A stretch of DNA of 64,000 bases from Roseibacillus sp. (GTDB lineage: Bacteria > Verrucomicrobiota > Verrucomicrobiia > Verrucomicrobiales > Akkermansiaceae): positions 256,001-320,000 of the forward strand of contig JBPOGI010000006.1 of assembly GCA_051251855.1 (NCBI GenBank). Reading direction: 5' to 3'. Position 1 is the stretch's first letter. Every line of letters starts with the position of its first letter. Position numbers and translations under genes: made by a program. The notes under the pieces are model-generated. The model saw only the letters and a program-made list of their open reading frames with translations. It made no database searches and was not told the DNA's origin. Positions 17,879 through 26,585 of this stretch are shown here, in pieces.

Positions 17879-20800
17879 TTAGGGAAACTCCACCCAGACA
17901 CGATAGAAGCAACCCGATTGGGTTGTGGAATCAACGGGTTCAAGAATGGTGCCTCGAGACCAGTTGCTATCGATGCTGGTGATGGTCACGTTACCCGTGA
18001 AGGGAACAAACGAATTCGGCAGCAGGGTGGTGGACTTTTGCGGGGTATAGACCAATACGCATTCCTTCCGGATCAAGTATTCGAGTTGTAAGAACAGCTG
18101 CCCGTTGATGTCTACGATTCCAGTCCAAGGCAAACCAGAGCTTCCTCCGAGATTCATGGTTTGTGAATCAGGGCCTGCAAGGTTCAAGTTGAAGGCGTAC
18201 TTCATCAAGTTGGAGATGCCGTCGCCAAAGGGGATAGCAGTCGGTAGAGCATCTGCTCCTATCAATCCTGCTTGTGCCACTGCGGCATCGTACTGTGCCA
18301 AAGCAATGGAGGCTGTGCTGGGGGTCTCAAAGAGGTAAGCCGCACCTGCGACTGTTAGGCTGTTATCACTTTGATTACTGTTGACTCCGATGGAGTTGCT
18401 TTTTTCTCCCTTAGCTCCGACGAAGATGGTCGATCCGTAGATGTCAACTGACCAACCAAACTCATCGTCTTCTCCCGTATTTGATGCTTTGAGGAAGACC
18501 TGCTGAGTCCAAGTCCCTGCGATATTTTGGAAGAGATAGGTTGCTCCAGCACGAGTAAGGCTATCATCGTTTTGATTCCCACCATTGACTCCCACCGATT
18601 GGCTTTCCTCGTAAGGGCTGCCGATCAAGAGGAGGTCCCCTGAGAGAGAGGCGGACCATCCAAAGCGGTCACCATTACCTGGATTTGAGGCCTTGAGATA
18701 GGCTTGTTCCGTCCAGTTGTTAGAGTTGTCCCGAGTGAAAACGTAGGCGGCACCAGCTTTGTCGACCGAGCTATCACCCTCGTAGGGTGCACAAACGACG
18801 GCGGTGTCCCCTTCGAGCGCCACTGCAGTTCCGAAGCGATCGGCAGGGCCCTTGTTAGAGGCTTTTAAGGAGGCTTGTTGGTTCCAGTTGCCATTGGTTC
18901 TAACAAAGATGTAGGCAGCTCCAAAGTCACCGTTGAGTCCATTGGCTCCCGGAGCTTCGCTATTTTCTCCCGAAGCGCCCACGATAACAGTGTCTCCAGA
19001 AACTGCGACCGAAGAGCCAAAGAGGTCTCCGCGAGCGGTGTTGGATGCTTTGAGGTAGGCCTCTTGGGTCCAGTTGTTGCCGTTTCTCACGAATACATAA
19101 GCGGCACCCGATTGCTGCCCTTGTGCTAGAGCGGTGCTGGTATCGACATCATCGCCTTGGTCTCCGTTAACTCCAGTTGCCGAACTGTCTTCCCAAGCGG
19201 CACCGACGACGAGGGTGTCTCCAGCCAGAGAGAGCTCTTCTCCAAAGCGGTCTCCGTCACCTGTATTGGAAGCCTTGACATAGGCCTGCTGGGTCCACGT
19301 GGTGCCATTGCGAACGAAGAGATAGACCGCCCCCGAGTTTGAGAAGCTATTGTCTGCCTGGTTTCCGTTGATACCAATGGCGGAACTGTCTTCGGCAAGC
19401 GCTCCCACCGCAAGGGTGTCACCGTAGAGCGAGACTTTGCCTCCGAAGCTGTCGCCTGAATCTGGGTTTGAGGATTTGATGGTTGCTTGCAGGCTCCATT
19501 CGCAGTTGTCGGGGTCTCGCACATAGATGTAAACCGCTCCCGATCCCCCCGTGTTATTGTTGTTCATGTCCTGGTTGATTCCTACGGCATCGCTGTCCTC
19601 AGAGTAGGCTCCAATAGCGACGGTGTTTTCCCACACGGAAACAGAGCAGCCGAATTGGTCACCGTTTCCGGTGTTGGATGCTTTGAAGTAGACCTCTTGT
19701 GCAATATCGGGAGGAACGATTCCCACGCCGGTGAGTGCAATCTCGAAGGGGTTTTCATCGAGGTCGTTACTTGCAATCGACAAGGTGGCGGTGCGTGAAC
19801 CCTCTCCGCTAGGAGTGAAGGAAACGGTAATGGTCCGGCAAGCACAGGGGGAGAGCTGACTGCCTAACAAGCTGCTATCGACTACAAAATCCCCAGCATG
19901 CGGACCTGAGACGTTGACCGAGAGTCCGGAGAGCAAACCAAAGCCCTCGTTGCAAATGGTGATTGTTTTTGTGAGAGCGGGGCTGTCGACCAGTCCAGCA
20001 CCTAGGTCTACGGTTGCGAATCCGTTCGTGAGGTCGTTACCAACAGGTTCTTCCACTTTGATTTCTGGAAGGAAGTCGTAAACATAAGCGGCTCCACTTG
20101 TGGTGTTCCCCGGACCCGAGCGGACTCCGCGCGAACCAACTACCATACCGAAGTCAGAGATGGCGAGCGCTTGCCCGAAGGTGTAGGAGCTCCCGACTTC
20201 GGAAGCTTTGAGGTAGGCCTTTTCGAGCCAAGAGCCTCCCCAGCTGATATAGACGCGCACCGAACCGGAAGCGCCCACGCTGTTATCGGATTCGTCTCCG
20301 TTCACATTGACGCTGCTGCTGTCTTCCAGAGAGGCTCCGACTGCGAGGGTGGTTTTGGTCATTGTGACCCACACTCCGTAGCGGTCTCCCGCATCCGTGG
20401 TGTTGGGCTTGAGATAACTTGTTTGGCTCCAGTTGCTGCCGCTGGGTCGAAAGACGTAAGCGGCTCCAGAATCTAGGGCGCTGTTGTTGCTTTCATCGCC
20501 GTCCACTCCGGTGGCATTCGAATCTTCCTGGGGGGCACCGACGAGAACGGTGTCGGCAGCGATAGATACAGACCAACCGAATAGGTCTTCAATATCCGGA
20601 TTGTTAGCCTTCAGATAGGCGATTTGGCTCCAGCCACTGTTGTTCTCAAAAACGTAAGCAGCGCCTGAAGCACCCACGCTGTTGTCGTTTTCATTTCCAC
20701 TCAAGTTGCTGTCTTCCAGGGGAGCTCCAACGACCAGTAGGTTGCTATCGAGAGCTACTGAGAAGCCGAACTCATCGCCAGCTTGGAGATTGGAGGCCTT

Positions 20801-23251
20801 AAGGTAGTCGTCTGTACTCCAAACCCCCACCAGTCGTTTAAAGAGAAAAACGGCTCCCGAGTTTCCAGCGGAATTGTTGGTGGGGTCGTTTGTTCCGCTA
20901 TCTTCCAAAGGCGATCCGACCGCGATTCGTTCGTTGGAAATCGCCACGGAGTAACCAAATCGATCGCCCAAGCCGGGGTCCGGCGACTTCAGATAAGCTT
21001 GCTCGCTCCATGTCGTTCCGGTGCGCTGAAAGACATAAGCGGCTCCCGCCAATGATACCGAATTATCGGAGCCTGCGCCAGGAACGTTGATTCCGGCGAT
21101 ACCGCTTTCTTCTCGATAGGCTCCCACCACGATGGTGTCGTCCCAGATGTCGACTGACCACCCAAAGGCATCGTTGACGCCTGCGTTGCTCGCTTTCAAA
21201 TAAGCTTGTTGCGTCAAAGTTCCACCACTGCGTGAATAGACATAAACGGCACCCGAATCGGTGCGGCTATTATCGGATTCGTCACCATTGATGCCAGTGG
21301 ACGCGCTGTCTTCATTGTAGGCTCCAACCACCACTGTGCTTCCGTCTTCGGAAATCGCTACCGAGTAGCCGTATTCATCTCCGAAATCAGGAGCGTTGCC
21401 TGTGAGGCAAGCTTGCTGAGCGATGAGGTAGGGCGTCACTCCGCTTCCGATTAAGTTGATCAGGAAGGGGTTTTCGTCCGCGTCGTTACTCGCTATTTCT
21501 AGGGTCGCGGTGTGCGAGCTTTCAGTGGTCGGAGTATAGGTGACCTCGACGGTGATGCACTCGCCGGGCGCGAGAGTTGTTCCTGTTAGATTTGTGTTTA
21601 AGGCAAACTCACTGGTATCGCTTCCACTCAAAGTGGCGACGAGTCCGGTGAGGGGAGCGCTTCCGTTGTTGCAAATGGTGAAAGTTTCCGGCGGGCTGGT
21701 ATCGCCCAGTAAGAGGCTGCCGAAGTTTTGGGTGGAAAGGGTGCTCGCTAAGTCCGTTCCGAGGGAGTTTTCCACCGCGATTTCGGGTGCGAGAATGGAA
21801 GCAACACGGAAGCCCAAGCCTTCGAATTCAAAGGTCCGTTGATGAGCGCTTTTGACCCCGGCATTCATTTCGTTGAGGAGCCAGTAGCCCCCACGCGCCA
21901 CTCGAATCTCGGTGGCCGAATCGTTGGGCTGCGTGAACCCTGATTCCGTCCACTCTCTGGCATTGCCACCCTGGGCCGTGGTCCCAAGGGCGCTCAGCCC
22001 GCCTGCGTTGAAGATGTCCGCGGGACCTTCGCCAGCTCCGGATTGAGAATAGACCGCTGTGCCAGAAGTGGTTCCGTTGGCGACTGCGGAGGGAAAACTA
22101 TCACTGCCTGTGGGGTAGTCCCAGTAGCCACCCGAGCCGCCATTGAGGGCCGGGTCAAAGTAGGCAGCCTTATACCATTCGTCTTCGCTGGGCAGGAAGT
22201 AAAAGGCATTGGAATTGCGGAAGGCATTGGTGGGATCGTAGCCGGAATCTTGTGAGGTCCAGAGCGCGATGTCGTCGTTGCCTCCATTGGTGGTGAACTT
22301 ATAGGCCGGCGCATGACCTTGACTGGTATTGAGCCAATTGACGAAGCGGGCGGCCTCGTTCCAACTGATGCCAGTCGCTGGTCGGTCCCCGCCATTGGCA
22401 TTGTAGGAGGTCATGTCTGCCATGGTGAGTGTGGGGCCGCCGCTGTTGAGATTGTAGGCGTCGATCATGCTGCGGCTCACTTCGTATTTTGCGATGCGGT
22501 AAGGAGAACCGACTGCGCCGTTGCCAGTATTGTCGTCCGCATTACCGGCTTCTCCGATTTCGACAAAATTCATCGAAAAACCTGGAAAGCTATCGGTGCC
22601 GGGAATGGGATTCGCGGTGAGAACGAAGTTGTCAACGGTGCCGGTCGAGTTGCTGATGTTTCCCACGAAGACCGAGTCGACGGGGGAAGCGTCGGTGGTC
22701 ACACTGTTTCCCACGACCACACCATTCAGCTTGTAGCTCAGGGTCGAGTTTGCGAGGTTGGCTCCCGTGGTGAGGTGAATTTCCATGCTGTTAGGAAAGG
22801 GAGAGGTCGAAGGGGCGCTCTGAGCTCCGTTGGTTCCACTGGAGAAAAACTGAACTTGAGCGGTGCGTCGATGCAGCATGAAACCACGCGATGAGGAGGC
22901 CACATTGCCGGAAGAGGTGGTGAAGCCAAACCCGATCCAGTCCTGACTACCATTGGTGCCCCCGGTCATGACGTTGACGTCCATGGAGAGGACGTAGTGG
23001 GTGTTGGTTGCGAGAGTCAGGCTACCGATTCGGGAAGCGGTGCCTCCCGAGATGCTGACCTCACTGCCATTGGTGGTCCATCCGCTGCCGATCCAAGTTT
23101 GGCCCGAGTCGGTGGTGGAATTGTTGAGCGCTCCTGTGCGAGAGAAGGTGTCTTCGATGACGGTGGTGGCTTGAAGCCTCCCGAGTAAGGCAGCAAAAGC
23201 CACAAGGGCAATGGTTAGGTTCTTGATTGAATGTGCGAATGGATTGTTCAT
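17879..23251 (-). CDS. Giant secreted surface protein: FGE/SUMF1-like (C-type lectin fold) domain, two ASH/choice-of-anchor-D Ig domains, two FG-GAP beta-propellers, C-terminal domain
   Basis: IAKYEVS, LPSEDEWYKAAY, GGNAREW, RGG, GFRVAS; SNDxDENPF twice; many YLKASN...GDxFGxSVA...VGAxxEDS...GAAYVF repeats. Start 23251 preferred over 23290. Confidence 0.9.
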   Translation of the reverse strand: MNNPFAHSIKNLTIALVAFAALLGRLQATTVIEDTFSRTGALNNSTTDSGQTWIGSGWTTNGSEVSISGGTASRIGSLTLATNTHYVLSMDVNVMTGGTNGSQDWIGFGFTTSSGNVASSSRGFMLHRRTAQVQFFSSGTNGAQSAPSTSPFPNSMEIHLTTGANLANSTLSYKLNGVVVGNSVTTDASPVDSVFVGNISNSTGTVDNFVLTANPIPGTDSFPGFSMNFVEIGEAGNADDNTGNGAVGSPYRIAKYEVSRSMIDAYNLNSGGPTLTMADMTSYNANGGDRPATGISWNEAARFVNWLNTSQGHAPAYKFTTNGGNDDIALWTSQDSGYDPTNAFRNSNAFYFLPSEDEWYKAAYFDPALNGGSGGYWDYPTGSDSFPSAVANGTTSGTAVYSQSGAGEGPADIFNAGGLSALGTTAQGGNAREWTESGFTQPNDSATEIRVARGGYWLLNEMNAGVKSAHQRTFEFEGLGFRVASILAPEIAVENSLGTDLASTLSTQNFGSLLLGDTSPPETFTICNNGSAPLTGLVATLSGSDTSEFALNTNLTGTTLAPGECITVEVTYTPTTESSHTATLEIASNDADENPFLINLIGSGVTPYLIAQQACLTGNAPDFGDEYGYSVAISEDGSTVVVGAYNEDSASTGINGDESDNSRTDSGAVYVYSRSGGTLTQQAYLKASNAGVNDAFGWSVDIWDDTIVVGAYREESGIAGINVPGAGSDNSVSLAGAAYVFQRTGTTWSEQAYLKSPDPGLGDRFGYSVAISNERIAVGSPLEDSGTNDPTNNSAGNSGAVFLFKRLVGVWSTDDYLKASNLQAGDEFGFSVALDSNLLVVGAPLEDSNLSGNENDNSVGASGAAYVFENNSGWSQIAYLKANNPDIEDLFGWSVSIAADTVLVGAPQEDSNATGVDGDESNNSALDSGAAYVFRPSGSNWSQTSYLKPNTTDAGDRYGVWVTMTKTTLAVGASLEDSSSVNVNGDESDNSVGASGSVRVYISWGGSWLEKAYLKASEVGSSYTFGQALAISDFGMVVGSRGVRSGPGNTTSGAAYVYDFLPEIKVEEPVGNDLTNGFATVDLGAGLVDSPALTKTITICNEGFGLLSGLSVNVSGPHAGDFVVDSSLLGSQLSPCACRTITVSFTPSGEGSRTATLSIASNDLDENPFEIALTGVGIVPPDIAQEVYFKASNTGNGDQFGCSVSVWENTVAIGAYSEDSDAVGINQDMNNNNTGGSGAVYIYVRDPDNCEWSLQATIKSSNPDSGDSFGGKVSLYGDTLAVGALAEDSSAIGINGNQADNSFSNSGAVYLFVRNGTTWTQQAYVKASNTGDGDRFGEELSLAGDTLVVGAAWEDSSATGVNGDQGDDVDTSTALAQGQQSGAAYVFVRNGNNWTQEAYLKASNTARGDLFGSSVAVSGDTVIVGASGENSEAPGANGLNGDFGAAYIFVRTNGNWNQQASLKASNKGPADRFGTAVALEGDTAVVCAPYEGDSSVDKAGAAYVFTRDNSNNWTEQAYLKASNPGNGDRFGWSASLSGDLLLIGSPYEESQSVGVNGGNQNDDSLTRAGATYLFQNIAGTWTQQVFLKASNTGEDDEFGWSVDIYGSTIFVGAKGEKSNSIGVNSNQSDNSLTVAGAAYLFETPSTASIALAQYDAAVAQAGLIGADALPTAIPFGDGISNLMKYAFNLNLAGPDSQTMNLGGSSGLPWTGIVDINGQLFLQLEYLIRKECVLVYTPQKSTTLLPNSFVPFTGNVTITSIDSNWSRGTILEPVDSTTQSGCFYRVWVEFP

Positions 23252-23402
23252 CTGATTGGTTTCTGGTTGGGAAGCAAGAACCGTGAGCATCGAAAGAGTG
23301 CGGAGAGTTCAGAGGGCTTCATTCTCTTGTTGGGAAAGGAAAGAGAGGCCGGACAAAAAAGTGGGCGAAAAATTAGATTTCTTCGCGAAGGGCGCAGGCT
23401 CC

Positions 23403-23596
23403 GGAGCGTGGCGTTTGAAGCCGTTGGTTCGCGGAAGGGTGGGAGGGTGGCTTTCTTTTCCAGGAAGAGGCGGGCAGGCCTACCCTGAACTCAGCTAATT
23501 TGGGGTAGCAGCTTGCAAAGACCACGCTCCAGATGGTTTCGCTCGCTTCGCTTCCATAGGACAGACTGGCGGGGCGGGCTGAAAACCCGCGGTCCG
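23403..23596. repeat. Degenerate REP-like palindromes
   Basis: GGAGCGTGG (23403-23411) / CCACGCTCC (23522-23530) inverted pair, plus hairpin GCGGGCTGAAAACCCGC (23574-23590). Confidence 0.45.
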
Positions 23597-23611
23597 CAGG
23601 CCCAAGTCGAT

Positions 23612-24739
23612 CTAGAAGAATATTCTCTCCACAGTCCAGAAGAGTCCAGTGGCGGCTATCGCAAGGGAGGCGGCGATGCGGAGGTAGTTGTATTCCTTCT
23701 TTTCGTTCCACCAGACGGTGACTCCTAAGGCAATCAGGAGGATGGTGATTTGGGCGGCTTCCACTCCGAGATTGAAGCCAATGATGGGGACAACGAGGGC
23801 TCCCGGCTCCACGGGCAGCTCGCTCATCACGCTGCCGAAGCCCATGCCGTGCAAAAGACCGAGTGCGAAGATGAGGCCGAGGCGCCAGGGCTTGAGTTCT
23901 TTGAGAAAGAGGTTTTCGATGGCGACATAGGCGATACTCAGGGCGATGAGGGGCTCGATGATGTTGCCGTTGAAAGGAATTTTTCCCGCCACGGTAAGGC
24001 CGAGAGTGATGGAGTGAGCAAGGGTGAAGACGAGGCTTTGGGTCAGGAGGGGCTTGAGTTGTGGAGAGAGAAGGAAGATACCGAGGATGAAGAGGATGTG
24101 ATCGAGGCCAGCGGGGATCACGTGGAGGAAGCCTTGTTTGAGCCAGTTGAAAAAGGAGAAGCCATGCTCCACAACAACGGGTTCGCTTTCTTCAGTGCCG
24201 TCAATTGAAGCGAGAGAGTAAATTTCGCCTTGAGAAACGGTGACCAGAGGGAGCTCACGCTTGTTAGAAATAGTGGCAAGAGCGAGTGAGGGACCGTCTT
24301 CCCCTTCGTGCCAAAAGAGTTCGAGGTCTCCTTTTTGGGAGCCATAGTCCCAGTGAATATTCCAGACCATGCGGGTGAAGGTGTCGGAGCGGTCCTGAAA
24401 GTATTTCGTCCATTCCGTGCCCCATTGCGCGAAAGTGATTTCGAGCGAGACCGGCATTCCGTTGACTTGAAGAACGAGGACTTCTTGGAGATATTTCTGC
24501 CCTTCGACTTTGATACGCTGTTTCTCTTCTGCTGACAGAGCATCGAACCACTCACCGGTAGGCCTGGTGTCGTCCTCATTGGAGCGCATCTCAGGCAAGG
24601 CGTAGCCGGCATCCATCTCGAGCCGAGCGGTCAGGTGATCGTCCTCAAGGGTGAGACGCATAAAGTGCTGTTCAACTTCATGCGCTCCGATGGGAAAGAA
24701 CCCAATAAGTGTGAGGAAAATCAGCAAGTAGCCTCTCAT
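23612..24739 (-). CDS. HupE/UreJ family membrane protein with N-terminal periplasmic domain
   Basis: GFLHVIPAGLDHILF, FTLAHSITL, IALSIAYVAIEN, GLLHGMGF, FNLGVEAAQ. Confidence 0.9.
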   Translation of the reverse strand: MRGYLLIFLTLIGFFPIGAHEVEQHFMRLTLEDDHLTARLEMDAGYALPEMRSNEDDTRPTGEWFDALSAEEKQRIKVEGQKYLQEVLVLQVNGMPVSLEITFAQWGTEWTKYFQDRSDTFTRMVWNIHWDYGSQKGDLELFWHEGEDGPSLALATISNKRELPLVTVSQGEIYSLASIDGTEESEPVVVEHGFSFFNWLKQGFLHVIPAGLDHILFILGIFLLSPQLKPLLTQSLVFTLAHSITLGLTVAGKIPFNGNIIEPLIALSIAYVAIENLFLKELKPWRLGLIFALGLLHGMGFGSVMSELPVEPGALVVPIIGFNLGVEAAQITILLIALGVTVWWNEKKEYNYLRIAASLAIAATGLFWTVERIFF

Positions 24740-24811
24740 GGGAAAGACTTTGAAAGCCGCAAAGTCACTTGCCAAGTGCAGATTGATTCCTAACAGGGGA
24801 TGGGTGGTTCG

Positions 24812-25573
24812 TTACTCGGTATCATTGGCTTTGGACTGCGCAAACATCCATTCCCAGAATTTGGGATTGCGATAGGTCGCCGTCCAAGAATCATGGTTGG
24901 TGAGAAGCATCTCGGTGTAGTGAAGTTGCGCCGCTCCTGCTTCTTTGAGGGCTTTGACAAGGTGGCGCGACATTTCAGCGGGAACAATGATGTCGTCGGC
25001 CCCATGGGTGATGTGGAGAGGAATATTTTTGTATTTCGCCACGAGGGTTGCGTCTCCACCCCCGCAAACGGGCAGGGCGGCGGCCCAAGTTTCGGGGGAC
25101 TTGGAAAGGAGGGCAAAGGTGCCATAGCCTCCCATTGAGAGTCCGGTGAGATAGATGCGGCTGCGGTCAATGGGGTGCTCGCTGACGGTCTTTTCAACGA
25201 GGGCGAGGAGGGCATCGAGGCGGGGTTGTTTGGGAGAGAGGCGAATGCCCTCGGGGTCTTTATAGTCGGTGGCTTCGGACCACCACATGTCGCTTGGGCA
25301 CTGAGGGGCGATGATGTGACAAGGCTGGTTTGTCTTCTCGAGCCAAGCCAGAAGTTCGGGCATGCCGTGTGTGAGCTGGGACTTGTTGTCGTCGCCACGT
25401 TCTCCTGCGCCATGGAGAAAGAGAACGAGGGGAATTTTTTCTTCTTTCGGGCCGCTGCGGTGACTGGCGTAGGGAAGTGTGAGCTCTTGGTGTTGAAAGC
25501 GGTCTTTCTTCCAATCGGAGGGGTTGGAAAGCAGAGTTGTGACCATGAGGAGAGAAAGGCATAGAATTTTCAT
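24812..25573 (-). CDS. Secreted alpha/beta hydrolase (phospholipase/carboxylesterase-like)
   Basis: PLVLFLHGAGERGDDN, APQCP, TGLSMGGYG nucleophile elbow, HGADD, HDSW. Confidence 0.9.
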   Translation of the reverse strand: MKILCLSLLMVTTLLSNPSDWKKDRFQHQELTLPYASHRSGPKEEKIPLVLFLHGAGERGDDNKSQLTHGMPELLAWLEKTNQPCHIIAPQCPSDMWWSEATDYKDPEGIRLSPKQPRLDALLALVEKTVSEHPIDRSRIYLTGLSMGGYGTFALLSKSPETWAAALPVCGGGDATLVAKYKNIPLHITHGADDIIVPAEMSRHLVKALKEAGAAQLHYTEMLLTNHDSWTATYRNPKFWEWMFAQSKANDTE

Positions 25574-25607
25574 AAGAAAAAGAGGAGATACTTCGTTAGT
25601 ATGTCAG

Positions 25608-26585
25608 ATGAGGCTCTTCTCGCAAATAAAGATCGTCTTCCCGTTGGGTGTCTTGGCAATGGCGGCGAGTTGGGTGTTAGCGGATTTCGTGGCGCCCAAT
25701 GCGGATGCGCGGAAGGTGGCGGTGGGGTCATTGGCAGGGTTGGAAAAATCTTTGCAGCATGCCTTCACTGCTGGTGATGACTTTGAGGCGAAAAAAGAGC
25801 CTGAGTGGGCGGACTGGTTGGCGCAGCATGAGGAGGAGGGGCAGACGTTTTCGCAGTATTTGGCTTCGAAGCCAAATCGTCCAGGGGAAGGAGGGCGGAA
25901 TACTTTGTATGTTCTTCCGCTGGGTCGGTTTGAGAAAGAGACCTCACCTGACCTTCATGTTCTTCAGCGCTACATGGAGCTCTACTACACGCCCATGGTA
26001 GTTAAAGTTCTTCCCGCTATGCCTGATAAGAAAGTTCCCGCAGTGACTCGCGAGAACAGTTTGACCGGGAGTTTACAGTGGAATTCGGTCGAAATGCTTA
26101 AGTGGCTTCGGACACAGGTCCCTCGCGATGCCTATGGGGTGATCGCGATTACGATGACGGACCTCTATCCTGGTGAGGGATGGAACTTTGTCTTTGGGCA
26201 AGCGTCCTATAAGAGTCGCGTGGGAATTTTTAGTTTTGCTCGTTACCATCCCAAGCTGAGCTTCGAGGCTGTAGAGGGGGACGTGGATCAAATTGCGCTG
26301 CGGCGAGCGAGTCAGGTGCTGACTCATGAGATGGGACACATGTTTGGGATCAAGCATTGCATCCACTATGAGTGCAACATGAACGGAGCAAACTCGTTGC
26401 GAGAGTGTGACTCAACTCCGATGCACCTGTGCCCTGTTTGTTTGCGAAAGCTGCAGCGTGCGGTGGGTTTTGACCCGACTTCGCGCTATCAAGCTTTGCG
26501 CAAATTCTACCAGAAGAACGGGTTTGGTAAGGAGGCGAAGTGGACGGGGGAGCGTCTTAACTGGATTGAGGGTGGAGATTTATGA
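25608..26585 (+). CDS. Archaemetzincin-like Zn metalloprotease (M54)
   Basis: TMTDLYP, WNFVFGQA, HEMGHMFGIKHC, CNMNGANS Met-turn, LCPVCLRKL. Confidence 0.92.
   Translation: MRLFSQIKIVFPLGVLAMAASWVLADFVAPNADARKVAVGSLAGLEKSLQHAFTAGDDFEAKKEPEWADWLAQHEEEGQTFSQYLASKPNRPGEGGRNTLYVLPLGRFEKETSPDLHVLQRYMELYYTPMVVKVLPAMPDKKVPAVTRENSLTGSLQWNSVEMLKWLRTQVPRDAYGVIAITMTDLYPGEGWNFVFGQASYKSRVGIFSFARYHPKLSFEAVEGDVDQIALRRASQVLTHEMGHMFGIKHCIHYECNMNGANSLRECDSTPMHLCPVCLRKLQRAVGFDPTSRYQALRKFYQKNGFGKEAKWTGERLNWIEGGDL

Noticed and set aside
18300..21400. CRISPR-like periodic repeats
   Set aside because: The periodicity comes from degenerate protein-coding FG-GAP repeats; there are no identical DNA repeats with spacers and no cas genes.
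21800..22575. Sulfatase-maturing formylglycine-generating enzyme, or a complete DGR
   Set aside because: The domain lacks the catalytic Cys motif and sits inside a surface protein. I saw no reverse transcriptase or template repeat in the window.
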